A program made the position numbers and the translations under genes. This document shows, piece by piece, positions 9,986 through 19,493 of a stretch of 64,000 bases of DNA (position 1 is the stretch's first letter; each line of letters begins with the position of its first letter). The stretch is from Saprospiraceae bacterium (GTDB taxonomy: Bacteria > Bacteroidota > Bacteroidia > Chitinophagales > Saprospiraceae). The stretch is from assembly GCA_965658745.1 (NCBI GenBank), contig CBFHTK010000004.1, forward strand, positions 55,960-119,959, written 5' to 3'. Below the pieces are notes generated by a model. The model did no database searches. It saw nothing but the letters and a program-made list of their open reading frames with translations, and had not been told where the DNA came from.

Positions 9986-11338
9986 TTACTGAATTTTTAT
10001 CGTCTTATGATACCAGATGCCGCCTTGGCTGTCTGAAAGTTCTAGCATATATACGCCTGGATTTAGATCCGTAAATTCATTGATTTCTATTTGATTTGCT
10101 CCCGAGTTTAATCTAAACGTACTAGTTGCTGTAAACCTCTGACCATTAAGTCCCACAGCACTAATTCTGATGTCCTTAGCTTCTTTTGCTTCCATATTTA
10201 ATGTAACAATGCTAGACCACGGGTTGGGATATGCAGTGATTTCAGTAATATTCAATTCTTCTGTTGCTGTGGCACAGAATGATTCAAATACAATTCGGTT
10301 TTTATACGCACTAGTATCAAAAGGACAAACGCCTCTTAGCTCAAATTCATATTCTGAACAGTCCTCAATATCAACTATAGTGGTGAAATTTTCAAAAGTA
10401 GAAAGTGTAGTCCAATCTTCTTCTGACTCACTTGTTTTCTTGTACCTGAAGTTGTATCCTGCAGCGGCATCAAGTTCTTCCCATTCAAATGTTGCAGTAC
10501 CTTCCTGGACTTCTAGTAGGGTAGTTTCAAATTCCACATCGCAAAGGGAAGGTTCTTCACCTAAACGTGCGCAGTACTCTTCTACTTCGCCCCAAAATCC
10601 ATCGTTAATGCTTTGACAGATTTCTTGATTATATGAAAAGGTGCTTAGTACAAATCTAATTCTTGTAATACCAAAGTCAATATCAGTTGGCACTGTAAAT
10701 TCCATTTCAACAGGCATGTCAAGGCCTATAAATTCATTTGCCACAAGTTCATCTTCTTCAAACACTTTATTTCGATTATAGTCGATGTACATCAATATGT
10801 CATTCTCTGCGAATGAATTCTCACTGAGTGCAATTTCTAATTCAACTATCTCTCCAGGACTTAATTGAAGATCATTACTTCCACGAAAGTCTTCGTAACC
10901 GAATCCACTCTGAGCGCTGAAATTTTCATAGTCCTTAATGCGAACATAATTAATGGCGGATATACCATCATTCAGGACTGGTATTGCGCAATATTCAGCA
11001 AAGCATGTACCGCAATTTACCGCTGCAGTGTATAATGGCGTGTTAGACGATTGTTCACTGCCACAAATAGACCTTACTCTGAATTCATACGTCTCACATG
11101 TCTCAAGAAAGCTGATGTCAAAAAATGTTTCCTTATCGACTTCAACATCTGTCCACATGAAAGTACCAGCTAGTCTATAACGAACTATATGACCTGTCGC
11201 GTTATCTTTCGCAATCCAATTCAAAAGCTCACCATCCTCATCCCAAATAATCGAAGGGGGATCACACTGTGCTTGAAGCGACTGGCTAGAAACCATCGCT
11301 AGAAAACCAACACAAAGAATAAGTACAATTCTTTTCAT
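9986..11338 (-). CDS. Secreted GEVED-domain protein with two Fn3-like modules and a T9SS C-terminal sorting domain
   Basis: 450 aa with signal peptide MKRIVLILCVGFLAMVSSQSLQA. Two Cys-bracketed Fn3-like modules (YEFRVRSIC and YEFELRGVC) flank a domain ending in FWGEVEEYC, a GEVED signature. The C-terminus YPNPWSSIVTLNM...GVYMLEL...KTIKIQ is a Por/T9SS tail. Confidence 0.7.
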   Translation of the reverse strand: MKRIVLILCVGFLAMVSSQSLQAQCDPPSIIWDEDGELLNWIAKDNATGHIVRYRLAGTFMWTDVEVDKETFFDISFLETCETYEFRVRSICGSEQSSNTPLYTAAVNCGTCFAEYCAIPVLNDGISAINYVRIKDYENFSAQSGFGYEDFRGSNDLQLSPGEIVELEIALSENSFAENDILMYIDYNRNKVFEEDELVANEFIGLDMPVEMEFTVPTDIDFGITRIRFVLSTFSYNQEICQSINDGFWGEVEEYCARLGEEPSLCDVEFETTLLEVQEGTATFEWEELDAAAGYNFRYKKTSESEEDWTTLSTFENFTTIVDIEDCSEYEFELRGVCPFDTSAYKNRIVFESFCATATEELNITEITAYPNPWSSIVTLNMEAKEAKDIRISAVGLNGQRFTATSTFRLNSGANQIEINEFTDLNPGVYMLELSDSQGGIWYHKTIKIQ

Positions 11339-11838
11339 AAAGGTAATTTAATCTAGTATTTGTATGAATCCATATAGGTTAACTACTGGTGGATTCAATT
11401 TCGGACACAATATAAAACTTTTATGTTGGTTGCTGAAATGTTATGGATTCTTAGCACGACTTTTTCTTGACATTAGCAGTTAATCGATTCCATTACATTT
11501 TCGAAATCTCTCGATGGTTGAAACCTATTGTAGTTATGAACTTGAAATTCAACCGAAGTTATTGAAAGCGTTAGTTCAGAAATCTTCTTTGTTGTATTGT
11601 GAATACAAGTCTGTTTTGAAAGACCAAAGAAATACACTTCTTAGAAACTCTGGCTTTATCAGATAATCACTCTGAAAAAATAGTAGTAGATCAACATATG
11701 TAAAAAAAATAACATATGTATATAGCTTTTTATCAGCTTTGTTTATATATTTGTTAATCCTAATGTCTAGGATTATGGCTTATTACTACTTGACAACTAT
11801 GTATAAGCTGATTAAATGACTAAGTTAATCTATTTGTC

Positions 11839-14085
11839 ATGAGCAAGAAACTACATACTCTAGTAACCATTTTTATCTGTTTGATCGGGTTTTCGTCCAT
11901 TCAAGCTCAAGATTTGTTTGCAAAAGCAAATAAGCAATTTGAACTTGGAGCATATGATCTAGCAATCAATAATTATCAGCAGTTACTAAAAGAAGATCCG
12001 GCTAACGTATCAGCTATCGGCAGTCTTGCAGAAGCATATTTTCGAACTCAAAATTATATGGAAGCTATTAGCTTATATGAGGAGTTGGCAGGTTATGAAG
12101 CGATGGAGCCAAGACATATCTTAAACTATGCACATGTTATGAAATCATTGGGCTTGTATGACAAAGCTAAGATTTGGTATTTGAAGTACGGCGATTTCAA
12201 TGCGTCAGTAGCAGAACACTACGCAATGTCTTGTGATCAAGCAACAACATACTTACAGCAGCCCGATAAATACGATGTTACACTTTTTGATGGTAATACT
12301 AGCACATCAGATTTTGGAGTTAGTTTTTACGGAGATAAACTTATATTCTGCTCATTTCGAAGCGACATGAAACGCGAGACGCGTGGAACGACATTTACTC
12401 AAACTCCAAATAAGGGCAATCGACTATTCACTTGCCCTAGCAAAATAAACGGAAGTTTCATGAATATGGACTTTTTGAGATCTGAACTGAAGGATAGCTA
12501 TAATATTGGACCTTTAAGTTACGATGGTGGGAAAGTAGTTTATACAAGAAATAATTTTGCAGATGGATTTAAGCAAGTTAGCGGTAATGAGAAAGACCTC
12601 AATATTTTTCTTGGAGAAGTAACAGATACAAACGGAGACTTTAAGGAGGAAACTGCATTTATACACAATGAAAGCGGTAGCTCGGCAGCCTTTGCTACTT
12701 TTCTTAACGAAGGGAGTTCAATAATATTTGCAAGTAATAGAATTGGTGGAAACGGAAAATTCGACCTATATATTTCCCACAAAGAGCGGGGTACATGGAG
12801 TTACCCTGAAAATTTAGGCGATATAATTAATTCCCCAGGAAATGAAATAACGCCTTTTGTACAGGGAAATAAATTATACTTTTCGTCTGATTATCATATG
12901 GGAATAGGTGGATACGATGTTTTTGAGGTATCTATCTATGAAGATGGTACATTTGGATCTGTTACAAACTTAGGTAAGGGAGTGAATTCGCCAATGGATG
13001 ATTATTACTATGTTGTTGATGCATTGAGTGATCTCGCTTATTTTTCATCCAATAGATTAGGTGGAAAAGGAAGTGAAGATATCTACATCGCAAGCAACTT
13101 AGAGCCCGCAAGCCTTGCTATTGAAAAACTTGTTCCATTGTCAGTTGATCTAGACAATTTAGTAGCAAAAAATAGTAGTTTGGAAGGAAAAGGTATGTCA
13201 TCAACTGTATCATTTGTAGATAGAGCCGTAAAGGTATCTGATAAAAATACGGCACAGACAAAAGTAGATGCGACTGCTGTTATCACAGAATACGTAGTAT
13301 TTGAGGAATCAACTCAAATTGAAAGTTTAGCTTCAGATGAACACAAGAAAGATCAGACCTTGAAGAGTCCAGCGGACATCTCCACAACTTTAGCGGGTAG
13401 CAATGATATTGCTGAGAAAACTGCTAAGGAAGTAGAGACTCCATCTCATACTGCCTCCGTCATTGTTTTTGGGACAGATAACATGTTTGATCTAAAGGGA
13501 GCGACTAAGATTGCTCATAATGATATTATTACAACGGCAAGTCATGTCTACTTTATACAATTGGCTTCTCTGTCAAATTCAAGAGGGGACATTAGACCAT
13601 TTTTGAAATTAAGTGAATTAGGTAATCTCTATAAGGTACGTAAAGGAGGTACAATTAAGATTAGAATGGGTTACTACTTTGATGAGGCCGAAGCAATGCA
13701 AAAACTGGCAGAAGTTAAGAATAGAGGTTTTAGAGACGCATTTGTTGTTTATGAACCACTAATTACCTCGCAATTGGAGTTGGTAAATGTTGCAAGTACT
13801 CAAATGTATTATGAAGGTGATTATATCCCTAAAGGCACTGTTTCAAATTATAAAATTAGACTTGCGTCATATACTGATCCACTCTGGTTTGACACAGGCA
13901 GTGTAAAGGATATTGGAGAAATTGAACAGTGGACCAAAGGAGATTTTACCATCTTTGTTTTGAGTGGGTATACCTCAATTCAAGAAGCGGAAAAAGCATT
14001 GATAAAGGCTCTAAATAGAGGTTATTCTGAGGCTCATATTGTCGAAGATATCAATGGGTATTTGAAGCGCGTGCAGCGAAACTAG
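11839..14085 (+). CDS. Exported TPR / PD40 (TolB-like beta-propeller) protein with two C-terminal SPOR-like domains
   Basis: 748 aa. It has a signal peptide, N-terminal TPR repeats, then repeated PD40-like blades (NSPGNEITPF, GVNSPMDDYY, YFSSNRLGGKGSEDIY). A low-complexity linker follows, then two units of about 75 aa resembling SPOR (VYFIQLASLS...GFRDAFVV and YKIRLASYT...GYSEAHIV). Confidence 0.6.
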   Translation: MSKKLHTLVTIFICLIGFSSIQAQDLFAKANKQFELGAYDLAINNYQQLLKEDPANVSAIGSLAEAYFRTQNYMEAISLYEELAGYEAMEPRHILNYAHVMKSLGLYDKAKIWYLKYGDFNASVAEHYAMSCDQATTYLQQPDKYDVTLFDGNTSTSDFGVSFYGDKLIFCSFRSDMKRETRGTTFTQTPNKGNRLFTCPSKINGSFMNMDFLRSELKDSYNIGPLSYDGGKVVYTRNNFADGFKQVSGNEKDLNIFLGEVTDTNGDFKEETAFIHNESGSSAAFATFLNEGSSIIFASNRIGGNGKFDLYISHKERGTWSYPENLGDIINSPGNEITPFVQGNKLYFSSDYHMGIGGYDVFEVSIYEDGTFGSVTNLGKGVNSPMDDYYYVVDALSDLAYFSSNRLGGKGSEDIYIASNLEPASLAIEKLVPLSVDLDNLVAKNSSLEGKGMSSTVSFVDRAVKVSDKNTAQTKVDATAVITEYVVFEESTQIESLASDEHKKDQTLKSPADISTTLAGSNDIAEKTAKEVETPSHTASVIVFGTDNMFDLKGATKIAHNDIITTASHVYFIQLASLSNSRGDIRPFLKLSELGNLYKVRKGGTIKIRMGYYFDEAEAMQKLAEVKNRGFRDAFVVYEPLITSQLELVNVASTQMYYEGDYIPKGTVSNYKIRLASYTDPLWFDTGSVKDIGEIEQWTKGDFTIFVLSGYTSIQEAEKALIKALNRGYSEAHIVEDINGYLKRVQRN

Positions 14086-14110
14086 AAATAAAGAGATTTA
14101 TATTTATCAA

Positions 14111-14141
14111 AAGGCTATTCATAAAGAGTAGCCTTTTTTTA
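14111..14141 (+). terminator. Rho-independent terminator of the TPR/PD40/SPOR gene
   Basis: AAGGCTA (14111-14117) pairs with TAGCCTT (14129-14135), and the stem is extendable inward. A T-run through 14140 follows. It starts 26 nt after the stop. Confidence 0.7.
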
Positions 14142-14290
14142 TTGCTAGTTGTTGATTTGTATTAGCAGGAAATCTTAAGTTAGAACTTATCATGCCCTAT
14201 ACTCATTTAGTAGCTAAGTTTATTTGTTACACAGATGTTTCTAATGATTACATATATTCGCGCGTCTTTACATAAACTCTATGTAAAGAC

Positions 14291-14704
14291 TTGCGTTACA
14301 GAAGAAATAAAATTAGAGTGTTTAAGTACTTTCGAGAAAACTATAGAAAAATGATTCCCTTCGCACTGGTTGGAGGTATATTCAATCTGATTGAACTTGG
14401 TGGAACATGGTTTTTTGTGAAGTATTATGAATTTCCTGTGCAGTTAACATATACTACCTGCTTCATCATTGCTACCCTAGTAGCTTATACACTTAACACT
14501 TTCATTACTTTTCGCAGCAGATTCAATTTTCTCAATTTCTTAATGTACTTTTCTATTTATATGGGTGCACTGTTGATAGGGAAAATCGTAATTGCCGTAC
14601 TAGAAAACAATACTGGCATTGGGCACGAACTACTGCCATTCATAGCCGCTCCATTCGTGTACATTTGGAATTTTTTCTTGACCAACAAGTATCTACAGCG
14701 TTAG
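14291..14704 (+). CDS. GtrA-family small membrane protein
   Basis: 137 aa from a TTG start, or 117 aa from the ATG at 14351, which I think more likely. It has four TM helices and a GtrA-like start (IPFALVGGIFNLIELGGTWFFV). No glycosyltransferase is adjacent. Confidence 0.55.
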   Translation: MRYRRNKIRVFKYFRENYRKMIPFALVGGIFNLIELGGTWFFVKYYEFPVQLTYTTCFIIATLVAYTLNTFITFRSRFNFLNFLMYFSIYMGALLIGKIVIAVLENNTGIGHELLPFIAAPFVYIWNFFLTNKYLQR

Positions 14705-15002
14705 TCAACTAGCTAGTTTTAAGTTTTAAAATGGTTTAATTGGCTGATAGAATATCATTCTGACGATTCAAACTTTACCTTCTAAATATTTCTTGTCAAA
14801 AAAAGCCTAGTAGGCTAGAATTCTTAGATTCTAATAATCAGTTGCCTACACATTATCAATTTGTCTTATTTGTAATACATTACAATAATACTTAATATCA
14901 AAAACTTTTTGGATACATAATTGGAACAGTAGTACCGAATGAAAGAAATAATTGTAATCAAACACATGAAGTTACTTTCTCATATATCCAAAAACTGTTT
15001 TT

Positions 15003-18000
15003 ATGAATTTACATAATACGTACTTTTCTTTGCTAAGATTTCTTGGCGGTAGGGTAGAAAGCGTTGTAAACCCAAGGCATATATTATTTCTTTTGCTTAT
15101 TGGAATTAGTTCTGTTAATATAGAAGCTCAAGTTGTTCTCGAGAGAACCGTAGAGTGTTCTTGTCTTGACAATGACGCACCAGAGGGTTTTTCCCAATTT
15201 GAAGAAGAACTCACCGTGACCAGTATGGAAGGTGAAACTTGGTATATTTCCTCGGTTAGTGGACTATTTCAGGTAGGAAGTCCAGTCCCTCCTGACGATC
15301 CTATTCCTTTTGTGTTAGGAGTCATGGGTGATACTATGAATGCTGTTGGTAACGGTATTTACGTATTAACTGGTGTGCTACAAGAGAATTTGGGATATTC
15401 AATTACATTGACTAATGGTATTGATACAGTTGAGTTAAGCAATATACTCTGTGAATATCCATCTAGCGATATAGATGGTGATAATGCAGTTTGCGATGGA
15501 GAAACTATAACTTATACAGCAGCAAATATCAATGGTGATTATGCATATGAATGGAATATTACGGGACAAGGAGTAATTATAGGCTCAAATGATGAGACTT
15601 CAGTTGTAGTCGACTGGAGCGAAAGTGGAGTAGGAGATGAAACTATATCCCTCAGAACTACTGGGCCTAATGGCTGCAGCAGCCTTGCTTTCTTGAATGT
15701 TGATTTTGAAGAGGATATTATTTTAGCCTGTAATAATTCAGTTAACATATCCGTATCAACGGATTGCATCCTTCAGTTAGCTCCGGATGACGTGCTTGAA
15801 GACATGCAATACAATAATGAGTCTTATATTTTGACTCTTACAGATCCTGAAACAGGAGAAGAGATACCACTAGGTTCACTTGCCAGCGATGTCCTATTTG
15901 ACACTTTAGAGTATTCTGTATTTCATATATGTGCTGGCAATAGCTGTTGGGGTAATGTTGTATTTGAGGATAAGTATACCCCACCTATATTTTGCTATAC
16001 TGATACAATCATTTGTACTGATGATGATAGCCCTGAGTTGCTTGGTTTCCCAGTACCTGAATCTTCTCTTGTAATATCAAACGGAAATCAAGAATATACG
16101 GTCGAAGATTTTGATCCTTGCGGAGATGCCATCTTAGTTTTTGAAGATAACGTAATAGACAATGGTTGTGCCACTGATTTCATTCAAATAGTTGAGCGTA
16201 ATTGGGTATTAACTGACTTTTCCGGCGGGACTTCAACTTGTACGCAAATAATCAACAAAACAAGAACTACAGTCGAAGATGTTGTGTTTCCAGGGGATTG
16301 GGACGGAGTAACGAACCCAGTACTTGATTGTGACGGTGATTACCCATTATTACCATCAGGCTACCCAGATCCTATTTATACTGGTTTTCCTACTGAAGGG
16401 GTATGCGATCATATGACAATAACTTACACTGATTTGGTAAGTGAAGTTTGCGGAGCTACTATAAAAGTAGTAAGAAAATGGACGGTATATGACGAATGTG
16501 CATCTCAGTTTTTGAAAAATAATCAGATCATAAAGATCGAAGACTCGGAAGCACCCGTTTTTGATTGCCCTGCCGATCAAACTTTTGAAATTACTGACGA
16601 GTCGGGCTGTGATGCAGCCGTGACTGTTTCGATTCCGGCAAATGTTGTGGATTGTTCCCAAGTAAGTTTTAGTGCGCAAATAGTTCAGATTGATAGCAGT
16701 GGAAATATCGCTGGTGCAATCACAGCTATGAATCTTGTAGGAAATGAATTCATTGCAGTTAATCGAGCAATTGGTTTACATCGAATTACCTATCTAGCAA
16801 TTGATGAATGTGGAAACGAAAGTACTTGTGACTTCACTGTAACAGTCGTAGACGGAGTTCCGCCAACTGCAGTTTGCGATTTATCCACAACAATTGCTTT
16901 AGACAATATGGGGAGTGCCTTAGTGCCTTATACAACATTTGATAACGGATCATTTGACAACTGCGAAATTGCTAAGATTGAAGTTAGTAGAGGTGACAAT
17001 GATTGTGGCTCGTATTCTGGATTCTCAGATCATATTACACTGTGCTGTGCTGATGCAAATACCGACGTTATGGTCACTTTGCGTGTCACTGACAAAACTG
17101 GTTTGGTTAATACTTGCATGGTCACAGTCACGGTGCAAGACAAAAAAATACCTACTATTAATTGTCCGTCATCTCAGACGATTTCTTGCACTGATGATTA
17201 CAATGATCTGTCCCAATTTGGTATTGCAACAGCATCAGATAATTGTACTTTTGATATTGTAGAAACTGTGGACTATCAGTTGAATGTTTGCGGAGTAGGT
17301 TCAATATATCGGACCTTTACTGCTATCGATGATGCTGGAAATGAGTCTAGTTGTACCCAGGTAATCAATGTGATTGATTACACTCCTTTTGATGAAGGAG
17401 ATATTATTTGGCCAGCGGATTATTCAACTACAGAGTGTATTAATCCTGAATTGAATCCAGATGATTTACCATTTATATATTCTTATCCACAACTCAATGT
17501 AAAGCCTTGTAGTAATGTAGTTTCAGATTACGATGATAAGATTTTTACTAACGCAAATGGAGCTTGCAAAACGATTTTTAGAACATGGACGGTTATCGAT
17601 CAATGCACAAGCAACGAATTTTCATTCTTACAGAAATTGTACGTCACAGATAATTCTTCTCCAGAATTTGAATCTTGTTCAAATAAGACTCTTGAGGGTC
17701 CATCAATAGGAGATTGTTCTTTTTTAATTACTTATGAGAAATTAGCGACTGATGAATGTACCGCACAAGAAAACCTTGTATACGAATATAGGATTGACAT
17801 CGACAATGATGGATCTCTAGATATCACTGGCTTCTCTAGCGTACTGGAGGAAGAATTGCCGTCTGGCTATCACAAAGTGAACTGGTATGTGATTGATGAG
17901 TGTAATAATGTTGAAGCTTGTCTCGAGTACATAACTATAGAAGACACAAAGAAACCTATTCCATATTGTATCGGTGGAATTTCAACGGTGATTATGCCTC

Positions 18001-19493
18001 AAGGTGGATTTATTGATGTTTGGGCAAATGATTTAGATCTTGCTAGCGAAGACAATTGTACAGACGCAGAAGATTTACATTTTAGTTTTAGTGCCGATAT
18101 AGACGAAACAAGCATCACGTTTACATGCGATAGTCTAGATGGAGCTTCTCAGAAGATATTCACATTGCCAATTTACGTTTTTGATGAAGCTGGCAATTTC
18201 GACTTTTGTACAGCAATGATTCGTATTACAGCAAATGCCGCTTGTGATACAACTAATACTGTAACATTCGACCTAGAAGGTAAAATCGGAACAGAAGATG
18301 AGTCTAGCATGAAAGAAGTAGAACTTGAACTAGTCAATACTAGCGATGCATCAACTATAACAACTAGTACCGATGAATCTGGCTTTTATTCTTTCGTTGA
18401 TCTACCTCAAGCAGTGAATTTTGAGTTGACTCCTACTTACAGCGATGAGGCAATAAATGGTATATCTACCTTAGATATTGTATTAATCCAAAAACATATT
18501 CTGGGACTTCAAACTTTTGATTCACCCTATAAGGTCATAGCAGCAGATGTTAATGGTTCTGAGAATGTTTCAGGAGCTGATATTGTTCAGTTAAGAAAGT
18601 TAATACTAGGTTACTATGATGAGTTTCCATCCAGTCCTAGTTGGAGGTTTGTTGCCTCGAGTCAGGTGTTTTTTGACAATCTAGCCCCTTGGCCACTCCA
18701 AGAATCTGTTGATTTTATTGCTTCAGAATCATTTAAGGTTGAGGACTTTGTAAGTGTAAAAATAGGTGATGTCAATTTGAGCAGAACTATGGACCTTACA
18801 GACGAAAAACCAATTGTTAGAAATAATCATTTCCTACACCTCAAGTATGAGGTTGTCAACGAGGCAATGGGTTCAAAAGTGCGTTTTATTTGTGAAGATG
18901 CGGTAGAGCTTTTGGGAATACAAATGGTCCTAGATACTGATACACCATTTTCTATCGAATCGGTACAAGCTAGGGCTCTAGAAGTTGATCATAATATGAT
19001 TAGGCAGAATGAGAACCTAGTGTCATTGTCCTATTCTATGCCTATGGCAAAGAGTATTGATGGACCTTTATTTGAATTCAATTTTGGGCATACGAGCCCA
19101 TCTACTATCACTTTAAATCAATCGAGCATGAAAGCTGAGGCTTACATTCAAACAGCTACGGGTATAGAGGTTTTTCAAGTTGACTTGCGTCAAAAAGAAA
19201 ATGCCACTCATGTGATTACCAACAAGCTTGAAGTATATCAGAATAAACCGAACCCATTTACAAATTATACTGAATTGCCTTTTGCAATAACAGAAAGTGA
19301 TTTAGTGACACTAGAAATAAGAGATGTTACTGGAGTTCTGATACTAACAAAAACATCGATGTTCCAAGAAGGTGAGAATAAAATTATAGTTCAATCATCG
19401 GATTTCACCAACCAAGTGAAAGATGGAATCTTGATTTATACAATTAGTAATTCAACTGAGCGAGTTTCTCGCAAAATGGTGAATATCAAGTAA
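15003..19493 (+). CDS. Giant T9SS-secreted multidomain surface protein, paralogue 1
   Basis: 1496 aa, very acidic and Cys-rich. A PKD-like N-terminal module (AVCDGETITYTA...YEWNITGQG) is followed by about 8 HYR-like modules. Those modules carry recurring blocks such as R(T/K/N)WT..D.CGN..(S/T)C.Q.I.V.D and FDNGSFDNC. Then come a carboxypeptidase-regulatory-like beta-sandwich, a dockerin-like module, a cohesin-like module and the tail NKPNPFTNYTELPF...KMVNIK. Confidence 0.85.
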   Translation: MNLHNTYFSLLRFLGGRVESVVNPRHILFLLLIGISSVNIEAQVVLERTVECSCLDNDAPEGFSQFEEELTVTSMEGETWYISSVSGLFQVGSPVPPDDPIPFVLGVMGDTMNAVGNGIYVLTGVLQENLGYSITLTNGIDTVELSNILCEYPSSDIDGDNAVCDGETITYTAANINGDYAYEWNITGQGVIIGSNDETSVVVDWSESGVGDETISLRTTGPNGCSSLAFLNVDFEEDIILACNNSVNISVSTDCILQLAPDDVLEDMQYNNESYILTLTDPETGEEIPLGSLASDVLFDTLEYSVFHICAGNSCWGNVVFEDKYTPPIFCYTDTIICTDDDSPELLGFPVPESSLVISNGNQEYTVEDFDPCGDAILVFEDNVIDNGCATDFIQIVERNWVLTDFSGGTSTCTQIINKTRTTVEDVVFPGDWDGVTNPVLDCDGDYPLLPSGYPDPIYTGFPTEGVCDHMTITYTDLVSEVCGATIKVVRKWTVYDECASQFLKNNQIIKIEDSEAPVFDCPADQTFEITDESGCDAAVTVSIPANVVDCSQVSFSAQIVQIDSSGNIAGAITAMNLVGNEFIAVNRAIGLHRITYLAIDECGNESTCDFTVTVVDGVPPTAVCDLSTTIALDNMGSALVPYTTFDNGSFDNCEIAKIEVSRGDNDCGSYSGFSDHITLCCADANTDVMVTLRVTDKTGLVNTCMVTVTVQDKKIPTINCPSSQTISCTDDYNDLSQFGIATASDNCTFDIVETVDYQLNVCGVGSIYRTFTAIDDAGNESSCTQVINVIDYTPFDEGDIIWPADYSTTECINPELNPDDLPFIYSYPQLNVKPCSNVVSDYDDKIFTNANGACKTIFRTWTVIDQCTSNEFSFLQKLYVTDNSSPEFESCSNKTLEGPSIGDCSFLITYEKLATDECTAQENLVYEYRIDIDNDGSLDITGFSSVLEEELPSGYHKVNWYVIDECNNVEACLEYITIEDTKKPIPYCIGGISTVIMPQGGFIDVWANDLDLASEDNCTDAEDLHFSFSADIDETSITFTCDSLDGASQKIFTLPIYVFDEAGNFDFCTAMIRITANAACDTTNTVTFDLEGKIGTEDESSMKEVELELVNTSDASTITTSTDESGFYSFVDLPQAVNFELTPTYSDEAINGISTLDIVLIQKHILGLQTFDSPYKVIAADVNGSENVSGADIVQLRKLILGYYDEFPSSPSWRFVASSQVFFDNLAPWPLQESVDFIASESFKVEDFVSVKIGDVNLSRTMDLTDEKPIVRNNHFLHLKYEVVNEAMGSKVRFICEDAVELLGIQMVLDTDTPFSIESVQARALEVDHNMIRQNENLVSLSYSMPMAKSIDGPLFEFNFGHTSPSTITLNQSSMKAEAYIQTATGIEVFQVDLRQKENATHVITNKLEVYQNKPNPFTNYTELPFAITESDLVTLEIRDVTGVLILTKTSMFQEGENKIIVQSSDFTNQVKDGILIYTISNSTERVSRKMVNIK
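18444..18611 (+). other. Dockerin-like module in paralogue 1
   Basis: The sequence is DEAINGISTLDIVLIQKHILGLQTFDSPYKVIAADVNGSENVSGADIVQLRKLILG. It has two loop-helix segments. The second loop, DVNGSENVSGAD, fits the D-x-N-x-(D/S)...D calcium-loop spacing. The first loop is degenerate. Confidence 0.55.
18813..19190 (+). other. Cohesin-like beta-sandwich module in paralogue 1 (tentative)
   Basis: About 125 aa, running ...GSKVRFICEDAVELLGIQMVLDTD..FSIESV...VSLSYS...DGPLFEFNF... The pattern of alternating beta-strands resembles cohesin. It is colinear with the clearer module in paralogue 2. Confidence 0.35.
19227..19490 (+). other. T9SS (Por) C-terminal sorting domain of paralogue 1
   Basis: LEVYQNKPNPFTNYTELPFAITESDLVTLEIRDVTG...ILIYTISN...KMVNIK. 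This is the typical type-A CTD pattern of about 85 aa. Confidence 0.75.

Noticed and set aside
10170-10616. 148-aa ORF antisense to the GEVED/T9SS gene (also 10953-11180)
   Set aside because: A Ser-rich shadow ORF. The opposite strand carries clear domain signatures and a signal peptide.
14707-14718. 12-bp perfect palindrome AACTAGCTAGTT right after the GtrA-like stop
   Set aside because: It has no loop, so it cannot form a useful hairpin. It is too short and AT-rich to distinguish from chance, and only a weak T-run follows.
14939-15016. 25-codon upstream ORF (MKEIIVIKHMKLLSHISKNCFYEFT) overlapping the ATG of giant paralogue 1
   Set aside because: Short ORFs are expected by chance in AT-rich leaders. 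With no conservation data available, it is not enough to call a regulatory uORF.
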